A DNA stretch of 64,000 nucleotides from positions 10,558 through 74,557 of the forward strand of contig JBJFCL010000006.1 of assembly GCA_051888935.1 (NCBI GenBank), given 5' to 3'. Under the pieces are notes generated by a model, which worked only from the letters and a program-made list of their open reading frames with translations, made no database searches and was not told the origin of the DNA. The DNA is from Candidatus Caccovivens sp. Lineage in GTDB: Bacteria; Bacillota; Clostridia; Christensenellales; UBA1242. Below are positions 27,017 to 34,950 of the stretch, one piece after another. Position numbers and translations under genes: made by a program. Within the stretch, counting starts at the first letter, position 1; each line of letters opens with the position of its first letter.

Positions 27017-28663
27017 ATGAAAGAAAAAGTCGTAGTTTATGCTAGATATTCGAGTGAAAAGCAAACGGAACAGTCCATAGAAGGACAATTGCACGTTTGC
27101 AAGGATTTTGCCGACAAAAACAATCTACAAATCATTGAAACCTACATAGACAGAGCAAAAACTGGAAGAAACGACAATCGTGAAGGGTTTCAGCAAATGC
27201 TTAAAGATAGCGCATCTCACAAGTTCACTGCGGTTTTGGTCTATGCCCTAGACAGATTCTCTCGTAATAGATATGATAGTGCAGTTCATAAAGCAACGCT
27301 TAAAAAGAACGGTGTCAAATTAATATCGGCCACCCAGCCAATAAGCGAAAATCCAGAAGGGATTCTGTTGGAGAGTCTATTGGAAGGTCTAGCAGAATAT
27401 TATTCAGCAGAGCTATCTCAAAAATTGGCACGTGGAAGAAGAGAAAGTATAGCAAAAGGGCAGTTTATTGGTGGATTTGTACCCTATGGATATAAAATTA
27501 TAGATAAAAAGTATTTTATTGATGAAAACGAAGCCGAGAATGTAAAATTGATATACAGATTGTTCAACAAAATGCACAATTATAAAGATGTTCTATCATA
27601 TCTTGAAAACAACTGTATTTATAATAGGAATAAAACAAAATTTAAACAGCATCAAGTTTCAAACATCTTAAACAACAAAATTTATACGGGATACCTTCAA
27701 CGAGGACAATACATTTGTGAGAATGCTACGCCAGTTATTATTGATAAAAAATTTTTTGAGGAGACACAATTGATTATGAAAAATTCTTATATAGAACGTT
27801 CTAAATCACCAGCAAAATTTTTGCTTGCAGGCAAAGTGGTATGTGGAGAATGTGGAGCAAATTTAATTGGAGATAGTGCTACAGGCAAGCTAGGCAAAGT
27901 TTATTACTATTATTGTTGTCAGAAGAAAAAAATTAATCAAGGTTGCGACCTTGATCGTATACCGAAAGACAAATTTGAAAAATACATTTATAGATGCGCC
28001 CAGGACGAACTATCATCTCCACAATTTTTAGATCGTATTGTCACAGGAGTGCAAGAAATTATTGATAAAAATGATGATTCAGAAAGAATAAAATCTCTTA
28101 AAAACGACCTAATATCTATAGATAAAAAGTTAGACAATATTGTAACGGCAATACAAAACGGTATCATAAATGATAAAATTAAAGAGCAAAACGAAGAATT
28201 GCTCAAACAAAAAGATGCGATTTATTATCAAATTCAAGAAATTGAAAATAATCCGCTGTACGACTTGTCTCCAAAAAACATAAGAGATTACATTTTCAAC
28301 AAATATTCAAAAGCTGGAATGGAAACCATATTAAAGACTTTGATCTATAAGGTCTATGTCTACAAGGATCATATTGTGGTGATATTTAATATTAGAGATA
28401 ATAATGATCCAACAAAAAGAAAAAAGGTGGAATTAGGGTTCGACAATCGTTCCCATCGTTCCACCACGACAATCCCCTATAATATAGGGGATTTTTTAAT
28501 GTCTAGCACACTAAAAACCAAGCAAAAGTGTCTAAAAATTTTTACAAAACTGTCTAAAATTTTTATAATCTTAATCAAATCCTATCAATTTTCACCTACC
28601 CAATTTTTGCTTAAAAACACTCAAAAATCGGTGCTGTCTAAAAAAGTGTCTAAAAATTTTTGA
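27017..28663 (+). CDS. Large serine recombinase (prophage integrase); the 3' end of the ORF is probably not native
   Basis: Resolvase N-terminus VVYARYSSEKQ, a recombinase domain, a Zn ribbon CGECG..YYCC and a coiled coil. The ORF then reads through a terminator hairpin and a repeat array. Confidence 0.85.
   Translation: MKEKVVVYARYSSEKQTEQSIEGQLHVCKDFADKNNLQIIETYIDRAKTGRNDNREGFQQMLKDSASHKFTAVLVYALDRFSRNRYDSAVHKATLKKNGVKLISATQPISENPEGILLESLLEGLAEYYSAELSQKLARGRRESIAKGQFIGGFVPYGYKIIDKKYFIDENEAENVKLIYRLFNKMHNYKDVLSYLENNCIYNRNKTKFKQHQVSNILNNKIYTGYLQRGQYICENATPVIIDKKFFEETQLIMKNSYIERSKSPAKFLLAGKVVCGECGANLIGDSATGKLGKVYYYYCCQKKKINQGCDLDRIPKDKFEKYIYRCAQDELSSPQFLDRIVTGVQEIIDKNDDSERIKSLKNDLISIDKKLDNIVTAIQNGIINDKIKEQNEELLKQKDAIYYQIQEIENNPLYDLSPKNIRDYIFNKYSKAGMETILKTLIYKVYVYKDHIVVIFNIRDNNDPTKRKKVELGFDNRSHRSTTTIPYNIGDFLMSSTLKTKQKCLKIFTKLSKIFIILIKSYQFSPTQFLLKNTQKSVLSKKVSKNF
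28471..28498 (+). terminator. Intrinsic terminator hairpin inside the extended integrase ORF
   Basis: AATCCCCTAT-AAT-ATAGGGGATT (10-bp stem) followed by TTTTT. Confidence 0.6.
28529..28660 (+). repeat. Four direct copies of TGTCTAAAA(A)(TTTTT)
   Basis: Copies start at 28529, 28551, 28635 and 28647. Related copies occur at 31149 and in the palindrome at 38151. Confidence 0.7.
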
Positions 28664-28671
28664 AAAAAACA

Positions 28672-28716
28672 CAAAAAAAAGGACTAGGAATTGCTATAAC
28701 TCCTAGTCCTTTTTAT
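28672..28716. terminator. Bidirectional hairpin terminator
   Basis: AGGACTAGGA / TCCTAGTCCT stem flanked by an A-run and a T-run. Confidence 0.55.
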
Positions 28717-29068
28717 TCTTTTTTATAAAATATTCAATCATTTCCCATAAAGCAAATAGTATTGAAAGCGTTGTAAGATATAAGCATTCTAAATCGCTTG
28801 AAATCAATGCAACTAAAATAGCACTTGCGATAATGGATAGCATTATTGATATTTTGTTAAACAATTTGACATTTTTACATTTTTTAAAAATCAAAACTGT
28901 TAAGCAATAAGACACCGCAATATTGACAAGCCAAACAAACAATCTTAAAATCAAATGAACTTCAAGGGCTTTATAACCTGTCAATAAAGAAAATAGTGTT
29001 CCTATTATTATAGTTAGAACAGCTGAACATAAAGGAATGGCACAATAACTTATCCATTTACTTTTCAT
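28703..29068 (-). CDS. Small multi-pass membrane protein
   Basis: 121 aa with about four hydrophobic helices and a 4-nt overlap with the upstream ORF. Confidence 0.5.
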   Translation of the reverse strand: MKSKWISYCAIPLCSAVLTIIIGTLFSLLTGYKALEVHLILRLFVWLVNIAVSYCLTVLIFKKCKNVKLFNKISIMLSIIASAILVALISSDLECLYLTTLSILFALWEMIEYFIKKNKKD

Positions 29069-29286
29069 TTAACACCAAAGAAATTATTAAAAGCTTCTGT
29101 AAGTTTATTCCAAAAACTTTTTTTCTTCTTGTCGTATTTATCTAAAACGCCATTCAATTTTGTCATCTGTTCTATAAGATTTTTCACTCTTAATTTGTCT
29201 TCGTCTGAATATTTATCATAGTTATCCAAAATATCTTCAACCAATAAATCAATTTGTTTGTTTAATTCCTTCTTTGTGTTTGCCAT
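29065..29286 (-). CDS. Small helical/coiled-coil protein
   Basis: 73 aa, charged and helical. Its stop overlaps the start of the membrane protein gene (ATGA). Confidence 0.45.
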   Translation of the reverse strand: MANTKKELNKQIDLLVEDILDNYDKYSDEDKLRVKNLIEQMTKLNGVLDKYDKKKKSFWNKLTEAFNNFFGVK

Positions 29287-29349
29287 AATTTACTCCTCGT
29301 ATATATTATAGCATAAACAAATTATTTTTGTAGTATATTTATAAAAATT

Positions 29350-30222
29350 TTACATTTCCAAATCACTTTGTTTTTTCTTGAGTTTTTCTTCACGTTCTCG
29401 TTGCCAAGCCAAATATTCTTCGTCTTCTTCTTTTTCTTTAATCATTTGTTTTAATCTTTCAATTTCGTCCAACAATTCTTGTTGGTTGGTTTCTTTTAGT
29501 TCTTCTTTCTGAATTTCTTGTTGTGGTTGATTAGTTCCAACAAAACTAAACACATTTGAGATTGTGTTTGCCGAATTTTGCTTTGTTGTGTAATCTAGGT
29601 AGCTGTAAATATTCGCTGTGGTGCCGAAATCGGCGTGTCCTAGTCATTCTTGTATTTGTTTCATTGGAACACCATTAGCAAGCATTATACTCGCACAAGA
29701 GTGTCTTAAATCGTGAAATCTAATCTTTCGCAAGTTATTCTTTCTTAATATCTTAATAAAGTTTTTAGTTAATCTATTAGGCAAAATCAATCTGCCAATA
29801 TTATCAACACAAACATAATCTACGTATTTGTCATTATAGGATTTACCAAGCATTGTTTTGTTTTTCTCAATACTTTCTTTTTTCTTTAACAGCAATTCTT
29901 CTGCTTGTGGTAAGAGTGGTAGAACCCTATGGCTTGTCTTATTTTTCATTTTGTCAGCTTTGTATATCAACCTTTCGCCATCAAGTTGAGTTTCTATGAC
30001 TTTGTGTTGAACATAGATTAGTTTGTTATCAAAGTCTATTGCTTGCCATTTCAGTCCTAAAACTTCACTTCGCCTAAATCCATACATTGCAGTTAACATT
30101 ATTGGTAATCTGCATTCGTGTTCTTTGATAGTTTCAAATAATTTTTCAATTTCATCTGCTGAATAAAAACTTGCTTTGTATCCTTCGGTTTTTGGTCTAG
30201 TCACTTTATCAGCGACATTCAC
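29350..30222 (-). pseudogene. Tyrosine recombinase (phage-integrase family), N-terminally truncated and interrupted by an in-frame TGA
   Basis: The catalytic domain reads ..RRSEVLGLKW.., RFHDLRHSCAS, then IQE-TGA-LGHADFGTTANIYSYLDY in the same frame. There is no core-binding domain upstream. Confidence 0.8.
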
Positions 30223-31040
30223 ATTTTTGATGATGTCTTTTTTAGGGTAGAAAATAGTCGCTTATCTTTTTCTGGATTGCTTGTTTCAATAGTATATTTA
30301 ACAAGGTATGGCAACATTTCAGGTATAGTTTTATTTCCTAATTCACAACCATTATCTTCTAACCAATTTAAACAATTTCTAACTTCTTTATGTATTAGCA
30401 ATCCAAATTCTTTTTCTTGGTCATTAGTTTCAATTTCTTGTTTATCAATTATTTTAAATTCTTGTGGAACTTGTTTAGTAAGCTCGTGGACCTCTTTTTG
30501 TGGAACTTTGAATGTATTATAATCAATTTCTTTTGCTTCCTCAACAATCTCATCAGGGAATGGTTGAAAATCGCTACACATAAAATAATCCATTTGCACG
30601 AAATCTTTACTAAACAATAGTAAATTTCTTAAATGTTTAAGTGCTGTTGCTTTTCTTTGTGAAAATTTAGGACCATTTATTTTTAATTTTTCAGCAATCT
30701 CAAAAGGTTTATATCCAATTTTATAAAAATCTCTTATAATCAATCGTTCTTCTGGTGGAAGTTTGTCAACAACACTCCAAACAACACGTTTTAATTCTTT
30801 GCGTTCCATTATTTTGTCTATATCAGCATTAGGGTCTGGTATAAGTTCGTGATATTGGTGCCAATCTTCGCCATTATGGTTTGTAAACTCATCAAGAGAT
30901 AAAGCAATACATTCTCTGTCTATTTGTCCTTTACGACTTAATCTTCTATTATCTGCATGATAAAATTTTGCCACTTCGTCAGTTACTTCAATCTCTAATA
31001 GTTTGCTTGAAAATTTATCATAATATTTTATCTTTCTCAT
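30219..31040 (-). CDS. Sigma-70 region-4/HTH-containing protein (mobile-element regulator-like)
   Basis: Carries LPPEERLIIRDFYKIGYKPFEIAEKLKINGPKFSQRKATALKHLRNLL. The C-terminal half is unknown. Confidence 0.5.
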   Translation of the reverse strand: MRKIKYYDKFSSKLLEIEVTDEVAKFYHADNRRLSRKGQIDRECIALSLDEFTNHNGEDWHQYHELIPDPNADIDKIMERKELKRVVWSVVDKLPPEERLIIRDFYKIGYKPFEIAEKLKINGPKFSQRKATALKHLRNLLLFSKDFVQMDYFMCSDFQPFPDEIVEEAKEIDYNTFKVPQKEVHELTKQVPQEFKIIDKQEIETNDQEKEFGLLIHKEVRNCLNWLEDNGCELGNKTIPEMLPYLVKYTIETSNPEKDKRLFSTLKKTSSKM

Positions 31041-31154
31041 ACAATGCTCCTTTTATTTCAAGCTAGCATTTCATCATAATTTTAACATAGTTAAAATTTA
31101 AAATAGGTAACTTAAAACATAATATTTTTGTAAAACTTTGTCTTTGTTTGTCTA

Positions 31155-31226
31155 AAATAAAAAAGACCTAGTTCTCCCGAAGTGATACAAACTGGTAGTG
31201 TATCTAATTCCGGGACTCTAGGTCCT
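31155..31226 (-). terminator. Two-tier hairpin plus T-run terminating the nucleotide operon
   Basis: On the minus strand: GGACCTAG..CCCGGAA [GATACA..TGTATC] TTCGGG..CTAGGTC followed by TTTTTTATTTT. Confidence 0.55.
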
Positions 31227-31245
31227 CTCAGTTAATTTAAATTCT

Positions 31246-31805
31246 TTATAGTTTTAAAAATTCTTTATATTTGTCAATCATCCTAATCATCCCATAGTCA
31301 TTCTTGTCGATTAAATCTAAAGCTTCGGCAATAGTAACCCATTTGATTTCCATAGATTCATTAGAAATTTCATAATTATGATTATCAACAATAAACAAAA
31401 AGTTAACATCATAATGCCAGTGTTCAGACTCGTTTTTCTTAGCACTATAAGGGATTCTCATAACCGCAACATCATAAATAGAATTTATCCCTAGTTCAAA
31501 ATTTTAATACCTGCTTCTTCCATAATTTCTCTTTTGGCAACGTTTAGGCTATTTTCCTCGCCATCACTATGACCGCCAAACTGAAACCACCTCCCAGACT
31601 TCTTATGATGATTTAGTAAAATATTACCTTGCTTATCGCAAATAAAAGCTCCTGCTGTTATGTGACCTTCTAAATTTGACCTGTCATAACCATTTGTATT
31701 ACTCTCAAGAAATGATATAACTTTTATTATATCTTCTTGTTCCTTATTGTCGTAAGTTTTGTAATTTTTTAATTCATCTAATAATTTAAACAGTTGTATC
31801 TCCAA
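31246..31805 (-). pseudogene. Nudix hydrolase disrupted by a 1-nt frameshift
   Basis: The Nudix box GGHSDGEENSLNVAKREIMEEAGI lies in the 31491..31805 frame. The rest (ELGINSIYDVAVMRIP..EHWHYDVNFLF) continues in another frame from 31503. Confidence 0.75.
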
Positions 31806-31806
31806 A

Positions 31807-31998
31807 TTATAAAATTAAAATGTTATAAGTATTGCCAAGTTTATCTTTTATTGTGGAAAATCCACTAATATTAGTTTGAAATTGATATATTTCTCCAACA
31901 ATCAAAGAACTTATATGAGTGGTGAATATTTCTTCCCCCTCTTGTGTTATAAATTTACAAGTATCGTTTTCTTTATTTATCAACTTAGTTTTTATCAT
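31807..31998 (-). CDS. Small hypothetical protein (63 aa)
   Basis: ORF overlapping the MazG-like gene end by 14 nt and abutting the Nudix start. Confidence 0.4.
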   Translation of the reverse strand: MIKTKLINKENDTCKFITQEGEEIFTTHISSLIVGEIYQFQTNISGFSTIKDKLGNTYNILIL

Positions 31999-32299
31999 CT
32001 TTATTTTCCTTTTTTAAAAGAACTCCATTGACTTTTTCATAATTTCTATTTTCATTAATCTTTATTTTATTACTTATCTCTTCTTCTAATGAAAATCCTA
32101 ACATTTGAGATAATCCCATTAAATAAATTGCAATATCTGCAAGTTCAGAACCCAAATCATCTTTTTTCTTATAATAAGCTTCAAAAGCTTCAGCAACCTC
32201 TCCGCTTAAAAAACAAAACTCTTTACAAACATCAGTTGTGTTAAAACCTTTTCTTAATTTATTTTCCCATATTTGTTTTTGTACTTCTTTTAAATCCAT
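31985..32299 (-). CDS. MazG-like nucleoside triphosphate pyrophosphohydrolase
   Basis: 104 aa with the four-helix MazG pattern FCFLSGEVAEAFEAY..ELADIAIYLMGLSQMLG. Confidence 0.7.
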   Translation of the reverse strand: MDLKEVQKQIWENKLRKGFNTTDVCKEFCFLSGEVAEAFEAYYKKKDDLGSELADIAIYLMGLSQMLGFSLEEEISNKIKINENRNYEKVNGVLLKKENKDDKN

Positions 32300-33686
32300 T
32301 TCTTTCTCCTATTTTCTTTATGATTTTTTTTATTTTATAATTTGATTTCATTTTTACAATATCTTTAGTATTAGGCATACAAGAATATCTATAGATTGTA
32401 TTAAATGTTTCATCTTCAACCTTGTGACCACCTAATTTATCTCTTTTTATATTTCTTTTTAACCTTTTGCGATATGGCGCATCTATAAAAACAACGATAT
32501 ATTCACCATCTATTAAACTTTCACTTATCATTTTAATATATGGAATATAAACTTCTTCCCTCTTATTTTTATCCTTTGAGAATATTCCTCTTGAAAATTC
32601 AATAATGCTATATTGGGGACATTTATTTAACAATAATTTTACAACTTCTTTCCATAAACTTTCATCAATTATTTTAAAAGAATTATTAGAAATTTTTTTG
32701 GTTTTTTTATCATTAATTTCAATATCTAAATAATACTTTGATAATCTTTTATCTAATGTTCCTTCATCTAATTCAACTCTTTCCTTTAAAACAGTTAAAT
32801 CATCACAATGAGAATAAAAGTCAAATCGATTTATAAGTTTCTTTATTAAAGTGCTTTTGCCCGCACATGATGGACCAATAACAACAATGTGCGTTGGAAA
32901 CTTAAATATATTTTTTAAAATTTTAGGTTTCCTTTTGTAAAAAATTTCATTTGTATATGATTTTAAGCATAATTGCGAACAAGATATTCCATTAGTTATA
33001 GATTGTAAAATGTCTTCAGAAATCAAATATTCACTTAAAAATCCACCAATAAAAGAATCTCCAGCTCCTGTTGTTGATTTAATATATTTGTTATTAATAA
33101 GTGGAACGTAATAAAACTCTTTTTTATCATTATAGTAAATCTCTATTGGTTTATTTTCGTTAGTTACTATGAATATCCCCTTAATTTTAATGTCTTTTAA
33201 AATCTCATATTCATTTTTATTACAAAATATAAAATCTATATGATTAGCATATTTTTTTATTGCATCTAAATATTTATAAACGCTAAATATCATAACATCA
33301 ATTGATAATGTTTTAAACTTTATCTTTCCACTTAAAAACGATTCAACATTTACACCTTTTCTAAATGAAATATGTAAATGATTACAAGAAAAACCTTTAT
33401 CTAAAGATATTTCTGAATTTATTTCACTTAAACAAGTGTTATTTATTTCATCTATATTAAAAAAATTTAATTTATTTTCTGATTTGTTAATATCAATTTC
33501 TTTGAATTTTTCTAGTTGAAAAGTATTGCTATAAATTTTATTATTTTGCTTTGATTTATTTTTTAATGTAGCACAATATGAATTAAATGCAGAACCACCA
33601 ACAACTTCAACATATTTCTTATTAATACAGTTCTTTTTATCTATAGAAGTATTTCCCACAAACACAATATCATAAAGTTCTTTCAT
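32259..33686 (-). CDS. PfkB-family sugar/nucleoside kinase fused to a P-loop (NMP/polynucleotide-kinase-like) kinase
   Basis: PfkB signatures VGGSAFNS and STTGAGDSFIGG, then the Walker A VVIGPSCAGKSTL. The start is refined to ATG 33686 (MKELYDIVFVG). Confidence 0.75.
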   Translation of the reverse strand: MKELYDIVFVGNTSIDKKNCINKKYVEVVGGSAFNSYCATLKNKSKQNNKIYSNTFQLEKFKEIDINKSENKLNFFNIDEINNTCLSEINSEISLDKGFSCNHLHISFRKGVNVESFLSGKIKFKTLSIDVMIFSVYKYLDAIKKYANHIDFIFCNKNEYEILKDIKIKGIFIVTNENKPIEIYYNDKKEFYYVPLINNKYIKSTTGAGDSFIGGFLSEYLISEDILQSITNGISCSQLCLKSYTNEIFYKRKPKILKNIFKFPTHIVVIGPSCAGKSTLIKKLINRFDFYSHCDDLTVLKERVELDEGTLDKRLSKYYLDIEINDKKTKKISNNSFKIIDESLWKEVVKLLLNKCPQYSIIEFSRGIFSKDKNKREEVYIPYIKMISESLIDGEYIVVFIDAPYRKRLKRNIKRDKLGGHKVEDETFNTIYRYSCMPNTKDIVKMKSNYKIKKIIKKIGERNGFKRSTKTNMGK

Positions 33687-34206
33687 CAATTCTACCACCA
33701 AATACAAAATCCTCACATTGTTTAAATGTTTGTTCCATACTCTTTTCTGAGGTATCAATATGCAAAACCGGTAAATACTTTGCTGCTAAATTCATAATTT
33801 GACCATATTTATTATTAAGTTCCATATATTTTGAATTGAGCATATCAAAATCTTTTTTATCTTCCTGTCTTCTTTTTAATAGTACTTCCTTATCTGAGGT
33901 TAAATATATTACTTTTACATCTAATGAAGCATATAATTTTAATAATTCTACAAATTGTTCATCTGAAATTCTACTTCCACCTCTCAATACAGTACCATAA
34001 ACCATTTCACTAAAGAACGATCTATCTGCTATCAAATTGTTTAGATCTGTTCTATTACTAATAGATGAATACTTTTTTATTAAATCATTATTTGCCGAAT
34101 CATAATCATAATGCAAATTTGAAAAACCAAATTGTTTTAAATGTTCAACAATTGTTGATTTTCCAACCCCATCTAATCCCTCTAAAATAATCATCTTTTT
34201 AAACAC
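33670..34206 (-). CDS. Thymidylate/dNMP kinase-like protein
   Basis: Carries IILEGLDGVGKST and DRSFFSEMVYG, the Tmk-like P-loop and DR(Y/F) motifs. Confidence 0.7.
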   Translation of the reverse strand: MFKKMIILEGLDGVGKSTIVEHLKQFGFSNLHYDYDSANNDLIKKYSSISNRTDLNNLIADRSFFSEMVYGTVLRGGSRISDEQFVELLKLYASLDVKVIYLTSDKEVLLKRRQEDKKDFDMLNSKYMELNNKYGQIMNLAAKYLPVLHIDTSEKSMEQTFKQCEDFVFGGRIDERTL

Positions 34207-34940
34207 TCCTCTTCTATATGTACCTCATCACTATGCAATGGACAATGTTGGTTCTTTTTATTACAATATTTTCTCTTGTAATATATTAATGATAAATGTG
34301 CCCACCAATTAAATGCATTTTCATCTATATCTAAGCCATTTTCATCTATAAATTTCCTTTTATCAATAATTGCCACATCTTTTTCTAATTCTTTTCTGGC
34401 ATATTCATGACCAATGCCTGATTTTTGTTTTTCATAACCTAAACATGGAAGCAAAACATCCTTCATCCCTGAATCAACAGGCATTATAGAGTTTGGATAT
34501 CCCTTATAATAAAGCAAACAACATTGAGCAACTTTATAAGATGCTCCTGTTACCTCTTTATTAACTAAACTAATAAATTCATCTTCTTCTAAAATATTTA
34601 AATCTTTATGATTATCAATAAAATTATACATTGAATTAATATACTTTAATCTGGTTGCAGATAATCCTAAAGGTTTGATAACATCTATTTTTTCATCGTC
34701 ACTAAACTCTTTGAACTTATCAAAACCTATTGAAATTAAATTATTAATTACTTTTCCATAACTTTCTATCATTGAATACGATACTCTAGTTGACAATCCC
34801 GCAATAATCAACCTTAATCTTTTATCTTCAACATTACTGGGCCACCAAAGATTATTGCTAAAATTCTTAATAACCTCATTCTGCAATTCTTTATCTCTAG
34901 CGAGTATCTTTAAAACCTTTTCAATTTGTTCTTCCTTCAT
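34191..34940 (-). CDS. HhH-GPD superfamily DNA glycosylase-like protein (EndoIII-like)
   Basis: VTGASYKVAQCCLLYYKGYPNSIMPVDSG aligns by eye with EndoIII LPGVGRKTA..VDTH (Lys and Asp kept). A C-terminal C-x6-C-x2-H-x9-C is present. The start is ATG 34940 after AAAGGAG. Confidence 0.7.
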   Translation of the reverse strand: MKEEQIEKVLKILARDKELQNEVIKNFSNNLWWPSNVEDKRLRLIIAGLSTRVSYSMIESYGKVINNLISIGFDKFKEFSDDEKIDVIKPLGLSATRLKYINSMYNFIDNHKDLNILEEDEFISLVNKEVTGASYKVAQCCLLYYKGYPNSIMPVDSGMKDVLLPCLGYEKQKSGIGHEYARKELEKDVAIIDKRKFIDENGLDIDENAFNWWAHLSLIYYKRKYCNKKNQHCPLHSDEVHIEEECLKR

Positions 34941-34950
34941 TTTTTCTCCT

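Larger units (their letters stand above)
1..28500. mobile_element. Temperate siphovirus-like prophage (HK97-type head module). The left end is outside the window and the right end lies roughly at 28.45-28.7 kb.
   Basis: Contiguous minus-strand modules run tail, TMP, chaperones, head-tail joining, capsid, protease, portal, terminase and replication. A divergent cro/cI switch and a serine recombinase sit at the right edge. Confidence 0.85.

Noticed and set aside
28440-28470. GGGTTCGAC...CCACCA looked like a tRNA T-loop/acceptor end that might be the island's missing att repeat.
   Set aside because: No T-stem or acceptor pairing can be drawn, and the upstream sequence is AT-rich coding DNA. It does not match the tRNA-Lys fragment beyond GGTTCGA and CCACCA. 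It contains a tandem ATCGTTCC duplication instead.
29644-29646. The in-frame TGA at a conserved Trp position of the integrase suggested that the very AT-rich island might use or derive from genetic code 4 (TGA=Trp).
   Set aside because: About two dozen other Trp residues in island ORFs are in frames that stay open under code 11, so they are TGG codons. No other island or host gene needs TGA read-through. The only tRNA-Trp in the window has anticodon CCA. A simple TGG-to-TGA nonsense mutation explains it.
31155-31226. A long structured element between the Nudix and sigma-like genes was considered as a tRNA-like or small-RNA gene.
   Set aside because: On the minus strand it is a nested hairpin immediately followed by TTTTTTATTTT at the end of the operon. 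That is fully explained as an intrinsic terminator.
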